Assembly: GCA_035260845.1 (NCBI GenBank)
Contig: DATFUL010000002.1
Coordinates: forward strand, 7,033 to 71,032
DNA length: 64,000 nucleotides
Direction of reading: 5' to 3'
From: Patescibacteria group bacterium
GTDB lineage: Bacteria > Patescibacteriota > Microgenomatia > UBA8517
The translations under genes were made by a program, and so were the position numbers. Shown here in pieces: positions 55,523 through 64,000 of this stretch (its first letter is position 1; every line of letters starts with the position of its first letter). The notes under the pieces are model-generated. The model was not told where the DNA came from, ran no database searches, and worked only from the letters and a program-made list of their open reading frames with translations.

Positions 55523-58423
55523 GTGGACAAGACTTCAAACCTAAAACTTAACAAAGAACAGCAGGATGCGATTAAATTTGGTGATGGACCACTTTTAATT
55601 ATTGCGGGGGCTGGAACAGGGAAAACTACTGTTATAACCGAGAGAATTAAATATTTAATATTTGGGAAATATGCCAAACCAGAAGAAATCTTGGCATTAA
55701 CTTTTACGGAAAAAGCGGCAAGGGAAATGGAAGAGAGGATAGATGTTGCCATGCCATATGGTTATACGCAGATGTGGGTTATGACTTTCCATTCTTTTTG
55801 TGATCGGATACTTCGGCGAGAAGCTTTACATATTGGACTTGATCCAAAATATAAATTAATGACGGAAGCTGAGAGCATTCAACTTCTAAGATCTAATTTA
55901 TTTAAACTTGAACTTAATTATTTCCGTCCGCTAGGGAACCCAAATAAATTTTTAAGTGGAATGTTACAACATTTCTCGCGTTTACAGGACGAAGACGTAT
56001 CACCCAGCGATTACACCTCATGGGTAAAAGCGCAAAAGGTAAAAGGAAAAGTGAAAAGTGAAAACGATAAGATAGAACTGGAAAAGTGGGAAGAGCTAGC
56101 AAAGGCTTACAAAGCTTACGATGAACTAAAAACAAAAGAAGGCTTAATGGATTTTGGTGATGTGATTGTTAAAACACTAAAACTTTTCCGTGACCGTAAA
56201 AACATATTGGCAAGTTATCAAAAACAATTTAAATATTTATTGGTGGACGAATTTCAGGACACGAATTATGCTCAAAATGAATTAGCTATAATGCTTTCAG
56301 GGAAGTCTAAAAACATTAATGTGGTGGGGGATGATGATCAATCGGTTTACAGGTTCCGCGGTGCTGCTGTAAGTAACATTCTACAGTTCAGAAAAACATT
56401 TCCAAAAACAAAAGTAATAGTACTAACCAAAAATTATCGTTCGACCCAAGAAATTTTGGATAGAAGTCACGATCTTATAGAACACAATAATCCGGATAGA
56501 CTGGAAGTAGTCGAAAAAATTGACAAGAGGCTGATGTCACAAACTGGAAATCCTCCTTTGCAAAATGCTACGGCGGACGCAGTTGAATTTATTCATACCG
56601 ATAGAGTTGAAAATGAATCTGATCAAATCGCCAAGAAAATCTTAGAACTTCAAAAAGAAAACAAATACCAGTACAAAGATTTTGCCATTTTAGTTCGTGC
56701 CAACAACCATTCGGAACCTATTATGCGAGCCTTGTCGCGAAACGGAATTCCGTTTCAGTTTTTGGGGCCAGGCAGACTTTTTAAACAACCAGAAATTATT
56801 GATTTAATTTCGTTCCTTAAAGTTCTTTATGATTTTACCGATTCCGTTTCTTTTTACAGATTATTATCAATCGACCATTTTGGAATAACGGGACGGGAAG
56901 TCGCTGAACTAGGGAATTATGCACGCAAAAACCATACAAGTTTATTTGAAGCGGCAGAAAAAATAGGAAGCGACAGAGTTACAAAGTTAACTGAGTTAAT
57001 CAATAAAAACTTAGACAAAGTTAAGAAAGAATCAGCAGGGCAACTTCTATATTTCTTTTTGGAAGAAACTGGACTTTTACAAAAACTTTTGTCTCCAGAA
57101 AATGCAGAAGCAGAAAAAAGGGCCAAAAATATTTCCAAACTTTTTGACAAATTAAAGTCGTATGAGGCAGATCATGAAGATGCATCTGTAACTGCGATTG
57201 TAGATTGGCTCGACTTATCAATGGAACTGGGGGAGTCCCCACTTGCTGCAAACGAAGACTGGACAGAAATAAATGCAGTAAATATTTTAACAGTCCATAG
57301 TGCAAAAGGATTAGAGTTTCCAGTAGTCTTCTTAGTTAATTTGGTTGCACAAAGATTTCCAAGTATGGAGAGGCGCGAGCAAATTCCAATTCCCGAGAGT
57401 CTTATAAAAGAAGTTTTACCAATTGGGGACTTCCATTTGGAAGAAGAACGCCGTTTATTTTATGTTGGTATGACGAGGGCCAAGGAAAGACTTTTTTTGA
57501 CTGCGGCTGATTACTACGGAGAAGGGAAGAGAGAAAAGAAACTTTCACCGTTTATATTCGAGTCATTGGGAAATAAAGTAGGCGAGTCGGAAAAATATTC
57601 CGCCAATGTTGATCAGTTAACTTTTCTTGATTACGAAACAAAAAATATTCCAGAGGTAATTGTAGCAAGTGAGAAACTCCATATTAACTATCTTTCTTAT
57701 TCCCAAATAGAAACTTTCCAGACTTGCCCAATGCACTACAAACTTCGTTATATTTATAGTTTGCCAACACCGCCCTCTGCATCACAAAGCTTTGGAACGG
57801 CAATGCACGCAACATTAAAAGAGTTTTTTGAAGCCGTTTCCAAAAAAGAAAAACCAACAGATAAATTAATTTATCAACTACTTAATAAAAATTGGATAAG
57901 TGAGGGCTATAAAACAAAATCTCACGAAAGGGAATTCATGCAAAAGGGAAAAGATTATTTAGTTGGGTTTTTGAAAAACAATTTCGACGCAAAGAATTTA
58001 CCAATTGCGATGGAACAAAAGTTCACACTTCCCTTAGGGGATGGACTTAAAATTGGGGGAACAGTAGATAGAATTGATAAACTTCCGGATGACTCAATCG
58101 AAATTATTGATTACAAAACCGGAGCAACAATCCCCACACAGCGCGAGGTTGATAAAAACTTACAATTATCTTTTTACGCTTTAGCAGCTACCAAAATTCA
58201 GGACTTCCCATTTGGTAAAAAACCAGAGCAGATTAAATTATCTTTGTATTATTTGGATTCCCAGGAAAAAATTTCTACAACACGAACTGCAAAACAGTTA
58301 GATGAAGCGATTAAGGAAATATTTAAAGTCAGGGAAGAGATAGAGAAGAGTGACTTTAAATGTAGCAATCACATTTTCTGCCAGATGGGGTGTGAATTTT
58401 CGCTTTTTTGTAAAACGGATTAA
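55523..58423 (+). CDS. UvrD/PcrA-family helicase fused to C-terminal Cas4/AddB-type PD-(D/E)XK nuclease with 4-Cys cluster
   Basis: 966 aa. Helicase motif I IIAGAGTGKTTVITERI. Motif II LLVDEFQDTNYAQ. VHSAKGLEFPVVFL. C-terminal nuclease: YSQIETFQTCPMHYKLRY, GGTVDRIDKLPDDSIEIIDYKTG, QLSFYALA, terminal CSNHIFCQMGCEFSLFC. Confidence 0.8.
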   Translation: MDKTSNLKLNKEQQDAIKFGDGPLLIIAGAGTGKTTVITERIKYLIFGKYAKPEEILALTFTEKAAREMEERIDVAMPYGYTQMWVMTFHSFCDRILRREALHIGLDPKYKLMTEAESIQLLRSNLFKLELNYFRPLGNPNKFLSGMLQHFSRLQDEDVSPSDYTSWVKAQKVKGKVKSENDKIELEKWEELAKAYKAYDELKTKEGLMDFGDVIVKTLKLFRDRKNILASYQKQFKYLLVDEFQDTNYAQNELAIMLSGKSKNINVVGDDDQSVYRFRGAAVSNILQFRKTFPKTKVIVLTKNYRSTQEILDRSHDLIEHNNPDRLEVVEKIDKRLMSQTGNPPLQNATADAVEFIHTDRVENESDQIAKKILELQKENKYQYKDFAILVRANNHSEPIMRALSRNGIPFQFLGPGRLFKQPEIIDLISFLKVLYDFTDSVSFYRLLSIDHFGITGREVAELGNYARKNHTSLFEAAEKIGSDRVTKLTELINKNLDKVKKESAGQLLYFFLEETGLLQKLLSPENAEAEKRAKNISKLFDKLKSYEADHEDASVTAIVDWLDLSMELGESPLAANEDWTEINAVNILTVHSAKGLEFPVVFLVNLVAQRFPSMERREQIPIPESLIKEVLPIGDFHLEEERRLFYVGMTRAKERLFLTAADYYGEGKREKKLSPFIFESLGNKVGESEKYSANVDQLTFLDYETKNIPEVIVASEKLHINYLSYSQIETFQTCPMHYKLRYIYSLPTPPSASQSFGTAMHATLKEFFEAVSKKEKPTDKLIYQLLNKNWISEGYKTKSHEREFMQKGKDYLVGFLKNNFDAKNLPIAMEQKFTLPLGDGLKIGGTVDRIDKLPDDSIEIIDYKTGATIPTQREVDKNLQLSFYALAATKIQDFPFGKKPEQIKLSLYYLDSQEKISTTRTAKQLDEAIKEIFKVREEIEKSDFKCSNHIFCQMGCEFSLFCKTD

Positions 58424-58428
58424 AAATC

Positions 58429-58752
58429 TTAATCAAGTATAAGCATCTGAATGTGACCAACTTTTTTAAGAACAACTGTTATATTTTTACGATCAAGTGT
58501 TATCTGATCGCCTGGGACAAGGACTCTTTGTTCTTTGTCGAAACATATTACGACAGGTCCACCCACGACCGGGTTATCTAGACTGAAAGTGGTTTCATCT
58601 CCCTTAGTATGGATATGAAGCTCTTTCATGATTGCGGAAACCAGTGTTTCGGATGCTGGTCCGAATGGAGTTGTTTGAGAACCTCCCTCCTGACGAATTT
58701 CCTGACCAGGTGCGATGACTAATGATCTGAAATGACGTTCGCTAACTGACAT
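58429..58752 (-). CDS. cupin-domain protein
   Basis: 107 aa. LHIHTKGDETTFSLDNPVVGG...VLVPGDQITLD fits the cupin_2 pattern (H-H---E-f-vl-G...GD-i). Confidence 0.5.
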   Translation of the reverse strand: MSVSERHFRSLVIAPGQEIRQEGGSQTTPFGPASETLVSAIMKELHIHTKGDETTFSLDNPVVGGPVVICFDKEQRVLVPGDQITLDRKNITVVLKKVGHIQMLILD

Positions 58753-58762
58753 GGCAGAAATA

Positions 58763-58936
58763 TTACTTCTTTTTTCGGGAAAGATCCATTACGAAGTGCC
58801 AGAAGACTAAGATTGTAGAAAAAAGTATTAACCAATCACGCATATTGTGAGGTTCAAAAACATCGTGGAACGAAAGCCAAACAACTCCAAGAAGCGAGAA
58901 AATCGCACCCAACATGATAATTTTATCTGACTTCAT
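58763..58936 (-). CDS. small membrane protein (57 aa), hypothetical
   Basis: Manual translation MKSDKIIMLGAIFSLLGVVWLSFHDVFEPHNMRDWLILFSTILVFWHFVMDLSRKKK gives two TM helices. It is below the ORF-track cutoff. Confidence 0.3.
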   Translation of the reverse strand: MKSDKIIMLGAIFSLLGVVWLSFHDVFEPHNMRDWLILFSTILVFWHFVMDLSRKKK

Positions 58937-58945
58937 ATATTAATA

Positions 58946-59830
58946 CTACAACGGCAAACGAAACTTTGTAAAGGAACCAGGATAGAGGACTTCGGTTCCG
59001 CCGAATGAGCGCTTGAAGTGGGTGAATCCCAACCAACTTTTATTAGGGAAGCGTTCGTCATAGATCCCTTCGAAGTCAAATATTTTATAACCCTGTTTCT
59101 TAGCCCATAGTATAGCTTGGTAGAGAAGTGGAGCTTGAGATAGGGAAGTGCGACCTTCATTATTTGTAAATCCGTACCAATAGTAAGTGATACAGTTTGA
59201 TCTGTCGTGTAAAGAAGTCGTGAAAAGCGCTCCTCCTATAATTCTGCCAAATATATTGTGCGACGCAAGTAATAGGGACTTATTACCAGGAAAACTTTTG
59301 CGTAGATTCAAAATTTGGTTAAGACTTGGCACGTAACGGCTTAATTTAACTGAATTTTTCCAGGCTTTGTGCCACTTTTTTATGTCTTTTATGGACGAGT
59401 AAGATTTAATTAAATTGGTCTCTCCCCTTTTCACGACCCTTCTAGTATCTTTTTTAAAACTAGCAAGAATTTGTTTTTGGCTTTTGGTTAGGTCAATTTG
59501 GAGTGTTTTTGTGGGTAAATATGGAGATTTGCTTACTTTAAAGCCATTTGAGGCTAAAACTTTAATATCTTTATCTGTTTTAGGCTCCACAATAACTTGA
59601 AAAATACGGTATTTTCGGCATAATTTGTCTATTACTTCAAAATCTATTATTTCTGGTCTCTGAACTTTAAGAAAAGAGCCTACCATTGGAAACTTTTTAA
59701 TGAAGTAATTTATTTCCTCTACTCTTTCAACTATCCAACCTTCACGCCTTAAGTAATCAGCATATTCAGAAGTTTGCCTTATATCGATCATGTTAGAAAC
59801 TTGCTTTTGAGAGCCCGAATTTTGCGGCAA
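58946..59830 (-). CDS. FemAB-family peptidoglycan-branch aminoacyltransferase paralog
   Basis: 294 aa. C-terminal IFDFEGIYDERFPNKSWLGFTHFKRSFGG matches the FemX/FemAB C-terminal block (YDLGGI...FK--FG). Confidence 0.55.
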   Translation of the reverse strand: MPQNSGSQKQVSNMIDIRQTSEYADYLRREGWIVERVEEINYFIKKFPMVGSFLKVQRPEIIDFEVIDKLCRKYRIFQVIVEPKTDKDIKVLASNGFKVSKSPYLPTKTLQIDLTKSQKQILASFKKDTRRVVKRGETNLIKSYSSIKDIKKWHKAWKNSVKLSRYVPSLNQILNLRKSFPGNKSLLLASHNIFGRIIGGALFTTSLHDRSNCITYYWYGFTNNEGRTSLSQAPLLYQAILWAKKQGYKIFDFEGIYDERFPNKSWLGFTHFKRSFGGTEVLYPGSFTKFRLPL

Positions 59831-60764
59831 GTTTAAGGACTGGCCAGCGCACTTTTTCTGCCAACTTATAAACTTTATAAAGAGGTTTATTTATTACCAA
59901 ATCCCAGGTGCCCAAGAATTCAATAACTTTTGGACTATACCCTTCTTTGAATTTAGTAAAACCTTTACCTTCTTCCCTCCCCCAAAGATCAAATGTTTTT
60001 AAACCAAGTTTTTTACCAAACTTAATTGCTTCCCACATCATAAGATTATTGGCCATAACATTTTTGTGCTGCTCAGTGCTGGCCCCGTATGGGTAATATA
60101 AAAAATCGCGCCAAGTAAATAAAATCCAAGTTGTAATAATTTCTTTTTTATAAGTGGCAGTCATAAGGTGGGCAATTCCGGCATTTTTTAATATCGCGAA
60201 CATTAATTTGTGATATTTTTCTGTATGGGCGTAGAAGCCCTGCCTATTTACAGTTTCACGAGTTAATTCAAGATATTTATCAAACGCTTTATCTGAATTA
60301 TCTTCTTTAACAGTAACGCCGCTCTTTATAGCCAGGCGAATGTTGTAACGGGTTTTACTAGAAAAACTTTTCATCAAATCTTCTTCGCTTGGTTTTAAGT
60401 CAATCCAAAAAGTTGTTGGGGTAAAAACGGTTTTCCCTGGAACCGCGCCATATTTTGTAAGAAGTTTTATGGCCTTGTCCTTATCTGCACAAGCCATATT
60501 ATCTTTTTTGACAGGGTAATTCGGTTCAAGTTTAATAAATACTAAATTGTTTTCTTTTCCAATTTTGACAAGGTCTTTTATCATTTCCTCTGTCGGCATT
60601 GGGCCTTTTTCAAAAATCGCAATTTTATTTGCAGTAAACGGTAGTTTGTGGATAGTAAAAAGACCCCATTTTGTTTCTAATATTTCGTTTCCCCATTCTT
60701 TTCTAAATACTGCCCAAGCAGAAGTTTGCAACGGGTGAGTAGCAATTTTATCTAGATTGTTCAT
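59793..60764 (-). CDS. FemAB-family (FemX-like) aminoacyl-tRNA-dependent peptidoglycan aminoacyltransferase
   Basis: 323 aa. N-terminus HPLQTSAWAVFRKEWGNEI (compare FemX QDLGWAKVK). C-terminus TFDLWGREEGKGFTKFKEGYSPKVIEFLGTWDLVINKPLYKVYK. Confidence 0.6.
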   Translation of the reverse strand: MNNLDKIATHPLQTSAWAVFRKEWGNEILETKWGLFTIHKLPFTANKIAIFEKGPMPTEEMIKDLVKIGKENNLVFIKLEPNYPVKKDNMACADKDKAIKLLTKYGAVPGKTVFTPTTFWIDLKPSEEDLMKSFSSKTRYNIRLAIKSGVTVKEDNSDKAFDKYLELTRETVNRQGFYAHTEKYHKLMFAILKNAGIAHLMTATYKKEIITTWILFTWRDFLYYPYGASTEQHKNVMANNLMMWEAIKFGKKLGLKTFDLWGREEGKGFTKFKEGYSPKVIEFLGTWDLVINKPLYKVYKLAEKVRWPVLKLAAKFGLSKASF

Positions 60765-61327
60765 TTATGTAAAAATTCTTCCAAATTTGCAATATCTCGG
60801 TCTATGTCTTCTCTATGCTTCTTTTCTTTTTTATCATTTAGTTCGTCCTCAGGTAAAGTAGCTTCAAAAGAAAATCCATTTAAGTTCACTTGGTGGGTTC
60901 TATATTCTTGCGTTTCGTTCTTGCTACCATCGCTTTTGATTATTATTTTTTCTTTATCAAAAGGATCTCCTTCAACCTTGATGTAGTAAAAATCTGCACA
61001 AAAATCACCCTTAACTGCAAGGAAATTATGATAAAAAGTTGAGCGACCTTTGTCTCGCCATTTTACTCCTTTAGGATCAAATTGATCGGTCTGTATGGAA
61101 TTTAATAGGTTTTGCAAAACTTCCTTGGCGTTGTCGGAATTTCCATAAACTTGCATATCGATATCTTTATGAGGTTTAGTGATTTTTCCTAAGGTTCCAT
61201 CTACAGAATAACCTCCATGAATTATTATCCTAACCCCCACTTCCTTTGCCCTTTTGGTTAGTGAAGAAATAAAGTTTAAATCTCTTGCGATTTTATCTAG
61301 ATTAGTCATTTTGTAGATACTTCTCAA
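60761..61327 (-). CDS. Lnu(A)/ANT(2'')-like nucleotidyltransferase (antibiotic nucleotidyltransferase family)
   Basis: 188 aa. VRIIIHGGYSVDGTLGKITKPHKDIDMQV aligns with the LnuA motif WLDGGWGVDVLTGKQQREHRDIDIDF (GG-x-VD-x-GK-x3-H-x-DID). Confidence 0.5.
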   Translation of the reverse strand: MRSIYKMTNLDKIARDLNFISSLTKRAKEVGVRIIIHGGYSVDGTLGKITKPHKDIDMQVYGNSDNAKEVLQNLLNSIQTDQFDPKGVKWRDKGRSTFYHNFLAVKGDFCADFYYIKVEGDPFDKEKIIIKSDGSKNETQEYRTHQVNLNGFSFEATLPEDELNDKKEKKHREDIDRDIANLEEFLHK

Positions 61328-61348
61328 CGATTTATCGAGAAAAATTCT

Positions 61349-63274
61349 TTAGGAATTATCCAAGTATTTTTCTATTATATCGTCAAAGGTGCCTTTGATG
61401 TCGTCTACGCTATCTAACTTAAAATCATTTACTGCGCTAAAGTTTCCACCCCCTATATTTTCAATTAAATTTTCTGGTATATCCATTATGAATCTTGATG
61501 GTGGGTTACTTAATTTTTCCCCAAAATATAAACGGGAATTGGCATAAGTTAAATATAAACTTTCTTTGGCACGTGTTATACCAACGTAGGCGATTCTTCG
61601 TTCTTCTTCAAGCTGCGCGCTGTCCATGAGACTTCTGCTATGTGGAAAAAGGCCTTCCTCCATGCCAACTATGAACACAATTGGGAATTCGAGGCCCTTT
61701 GCTGAATGAAGTGTCATTAAAGTGACTACATTAGCGTCCCCCGAAGCTTCGCGTCTCAATTTTCCTTTTGAGTTTTGTTCTGCCTCAACTAGCGCAACAT
61801 TTTCTAAAAACTCATTAATTTTAGGAAACTCAGTAGCTACAGACCTTAACTCCTTAATGTTTTCGAGTCTGGCAATGTTTTCCTCAGAATCTTTTTGGAA
61901 CAGAGCTAAGTAATCTGTTTTGGCAATTACTGCATCCAAAATATCAAGTGTTGTCAGGTTCTCTAAATCTGGTTCTTCGTTTTTACCAGGGCTTTGACTG
62001 GCCAAGCTCTGCTTATAACTTTCCAACTTTTCAAATCTTCTTATACCAACTTTCTCAATTCTTTTTTTGGAAACTGAATCTTTTGGATTCACTAAATAGC
62101 GGACAAGAGCAATTACATCTTTGATTTCTTTTCTATCGTAAAATCTAGTTCCACCAACTAAAGTATATGGAATACCCTCGTGAAGAAGCGCCTCCTCCAT
62201 TACACGGGATTGGGCATTGGTACGATAAAGAATTGCAACATCCGAATATTTATTGATGCGGCGTATTTCATCAACCACAAAGTCTGCCTCGGCAAATCCA
62301 TTACTCGCTGCATAAAGTTTTATTTTGTCACCAGCATTTTTCTCGGTCCATAACTTTAAAATTGGATGGCTAGTGTTTTTCGAAATTACAAAGTTGGCGG
62401 CGTCCAAAATATTTTGAGTTGATCTGTAATTCTGTTCAAGATTAATTATTTTTAGGTCTGGATAGTCTCTGCTTAAATTATTTATATTTTTATAATCTGC
62501 CCCACGCCAGGAATAAATGGACTGACTTGCATCCCCCACGGCAGTTATGTTTTTTCTTTTACCCACCAGCATTTTGACCAATGCATACTGAATTTTATTT
62601 GTGTCCTGCCATTCGTCAACAAAAATATGAGTTAAGTTTCCCTGCCATTTTGCGAGGACCTCAGGAACCTCCTTAAATAGAATCACAGTTTTAATTAAAA
62701 GATCATCAAAGTCTAAAGCGCCGTTTTCCTTTAGTGTTTTTTCGTATCTATCGTAAATTTTAGCAACAATCTCTTGCCAATCTCCTCTTGCAAAACCTGC
62801 ATATTCGGCTGGAGTCATCATTTGATTTTTGGCTTCGCCGATTCCATTTAAAATTGCAGCCGGATTATACTGATCGGTAGACAAATTCATGGATTCTAAG
62901 ATCTGTTTGATTAAATCTTTTTGATCGGTGTCGTCGTAAATTACAAAATGGTCTGGAATTCCAATATTATGTCCCTCAACTCGCAAAACTTTAACGCAAA
63001 AAGAGTGAAACGTACCCGCAAAAGGTTGACCAGTTGTTTCGACCAACTTTTTAATCCTCTCACGCATCTCGGCGGCTGCTTTATTGGTGAAGGTTAAAAG
63101 AAGACAATTTTCAGGTTTGGCTAAGTTTTGGGAGATAAAATAGGCTACACGGTGAGTGAGGACTTTGGTTTTACCGCTTCCTGCGCCGGCTAGAACTAAA
63201 AGAGGACCATCGGTATAAGTAACAGCCTCTTTTTGTTTATCGTTAAGACCAGCTATACTATCTATATTCAACAT
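61349..63274 (-). CDS. pcrA: ATP-dependent DNA helicase PcrA/UvrD
   Basis: 641 aa. LNDKQKEAVTYTDGPLLVLAGAGSGKTKVLTHRVAYFI. IFVDEWQDTN. LEQNYRSTQNIL. TLHSAKGLEFPIVFIVGMEEGLFP. YVGITRAKESLYL. Confidence 0.9.
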   Translation of the reverse strand: MLNIDSIAGLNDKQKEAVTYTDGPLLVLAGAGSGKTKVLTHRVAYFISQNLAKPENCLLLTFTNKAAAEMRERIKKLVETTGQPFAGTFHSFCVKVLRVEGHNIGIPDHFVIYDDTDQKDLIKQILESMNLSTDQYNPAAILNGIGEAKNQMMTPAEYAGFARGDWQEIVAKIYDRYEKTLKENGALDFDDLLIKTVILFKEVPEVLAKWQGNLTHIFVDEWQDTNKIQYALVKMLVGKRKNITAVGDASQSIYSWRGADYKNINNLSRDYPDLKIINLEQNYRSTQNILDAANFVISKNTSHPILKLWTEKNAGDKIKLYAASNGFAEADFVVDEIRRINKYSDVAILYRTNAQSRVMEEALLHEGIPYTLVGGTRFYDRKEIKDVIALVRYLVNPKDSVSKKRIEKVGIRRFEKLESYKQSLASQSPGKNEEPDLENLTTLDILDAVIAKTDYLALFQKDSEENIARLENIKELRSVATEFPKINEFLENVALVEAEQNSKGKLRREASGDANVVTLMTLHSAKGLEFPIVFIVGMEEGLFPHSRSLMDSAQLEEERRIAYVGITRAKESLYLTYANSRLYFGEKLSNPPSRFIMDIPENLIENIGGGNFSAVNDFKLDSVDDIKGTFDDIIEKYLDNS

Positions 63275-64000
63275 GCCTGAACATTCTACAACAGATTCAA
63301 AGATGACCGAAGTACCTAAAAATCAAAAAAAGGCAAAGATTGAGTATTCTAGAATCAAAAGACAAATTCTAAGTCATGTTCTACTCGTTCGGATTTTTAT
63401 AATCGCCATTTTCTTGGGAGTTTTGTTTTTAATTATTTCCTTTGGAGTAAAAGGGGCGCGAGCTTTAAATATCCCACTCTATTTTGACACTGCATACAAT
63501 TTTGTTAAAGCTCCGGTTGAGAAGCTGGCATCTTTTAATGGAAGAACCAATATTCTAGTAATGGGAAAGGCTGGTGGTGTCCACGATGGGCCAGAGTTAA
63601 CCGATACGATGATGCTGGTTTCGGTATCACTAACTTCCCCCAATATAAAAATTATTTCTATCCCCCGTGACACTTGGATTCCAGAAATTCGTGCCAAAAT
63701 TAATAGCGCATATTATTGGGGAAACCAAAAAACCGTGGGCGGCGGAATTACCTTTGCTAAGGCAATTAGTGAAGAAGTTGTAGGAGTTCCAATACATTAT
63801 GGAGTTGTAATAGATTTCTCGGGATTTAGGGACATTATTAACGAAATTGGTGGAATTAGTGTTGATGTTCCTAATTCATTTACTGATTATTATTATCCAA
63901 TTGCCGGTCGTGAGAATGACACCTGTGGTGGGCACGACCCTAAATTTATGTGCAGATATGAAACATTAACCTTTACGTCTGGCCTCCAGATGATGGACGG
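63273..64000 (+). CDS. LytR-CpsA-Psr (LCP) family cell-envelope phosphotransferase, 3'-truncated by window edge
   Basis: ATG at 63273, open to the end of the window. N-terminal TM (VLLVRIFIIAIFLGVLFLIISF). LCP core NILVMGKAGGVHDGPELTDTMMLVSVSLTSPNIKIISIPRDTWIPE...GGGITFAKAISEEVVGVPIHYGVVIDFSGFRDIINEIGGISVDV. The start codon overlaps the divergent pcrA start. Confidence 0.85.
   Translation, partial: MPEHSTTDSKMTEVPKNQKKAKIEYSRIKRQILSHVLLVRIFIIAIFLGVLFLIISFGVKGARALNIPLYFDTAYNFVKAPVEKLASFNGRTNILVMGKAGGVHDGPELTDTMMLVSVSLTSPNIKIISIPRDTWIPEIRAKINSAYYWGNQKTVGGGITFAKAISEEVVGVPIHYGVVIDFSGFRDIINEIGGISVDVPNSFTDYYYPIAGRENDTCGGHDPKFMCRYETLTFTSGLQMMD

Noticed and set aside
63479-63697. 72-aa minus-strand ORF
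   Set aside because: It is antisense to the clearly conserved LCP-family reading frame that runs from 63273 off the window end.
1-64000. CRISPR arrays, rRNA genes, transposases/integrases/IS elements
   Set aside because: No regularly spaced direct repeats, no rRNA-like conserved segments and no DDE/tyrosine-recombinase motifs were seen in any frame. The T4SS-like locus therefore lacks obvious mobile-element boundaries in this window.

Overview
Moderately AT-rich bacterial chromosome segment (about 36-38% GC by eye) with a small-genome, Patescibacteria/CPR-like character: many short membrane proteins, truncated-looking ValRS and MetRS, overlapping start/stop codons. Gene calls rest on protein motifs read from the six-frame track plus manual reading of gaps; no database searches were run. 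The window covers the chromosomal replication-origin neighbourhood. The core block is rpmH-rnpA-yidD-yidC-jag on the + strand facing dnaA-dnaN on the - strand, with DnaA-box-like sequences on both sides of dnaA. Directly beside the origin (1-16.6 kb) is a type IV secretion/pilus-like locus that I consider the most interesting system here. It has five tandem paralogous two-helix pilin genes, a four-helix-bundle (Avd/IVS-like) gene, and a 908-aa cysteine-rich secreted protein with a lytic-transglycosylase-like C-terminus. It also has a polytopic VirB6/TrbL-like protein, an inverted 0.8-kb-protein gene of unknown function, and a PrgI/VirB3-like protein fused to a CarboxypepD_reg-like domain. These are followed by a VirB4 ATPase split into two translationally coupled ORFs, an 841-aa membrane protein with an HExxH motif in the PrgK position, and a small PrgL/VirB8-sized membrane protein. 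No coupling protein or relaxase was recognised, so the locus looks like a Gram-positive-type T4SS remodelled as a pilus/host-interaction apparatus rather than a conjugation system. The rest of the window is housekeeping and cell-envelope content. This includes rnhA, rplY, valS, tsaD beside a fused tsaC-tsaE, a VanW-like protein, groES with an inserted small ORF before groEL, a HhH-GPD glycosylase, and an M23 peptidase. There is also tRNA-Cys(GCA), a polyprenyl-linked pentose-glycan-like cluster (UbiA, WecA-like GT4, GT-C, UDP-xylose synthase, processive GT2), metG, rmuC, and a UvrD-helicase/Cas4-like nuclease fusion. Two tandem FemAB-family genes, an Lnu(A)/ANT(2'')-like nucleotidyltransferase, pcrA and a 3'-truncated LCP-family gene complete it. 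No rRNA, CRISPR array, transposase or integrase was recognised.
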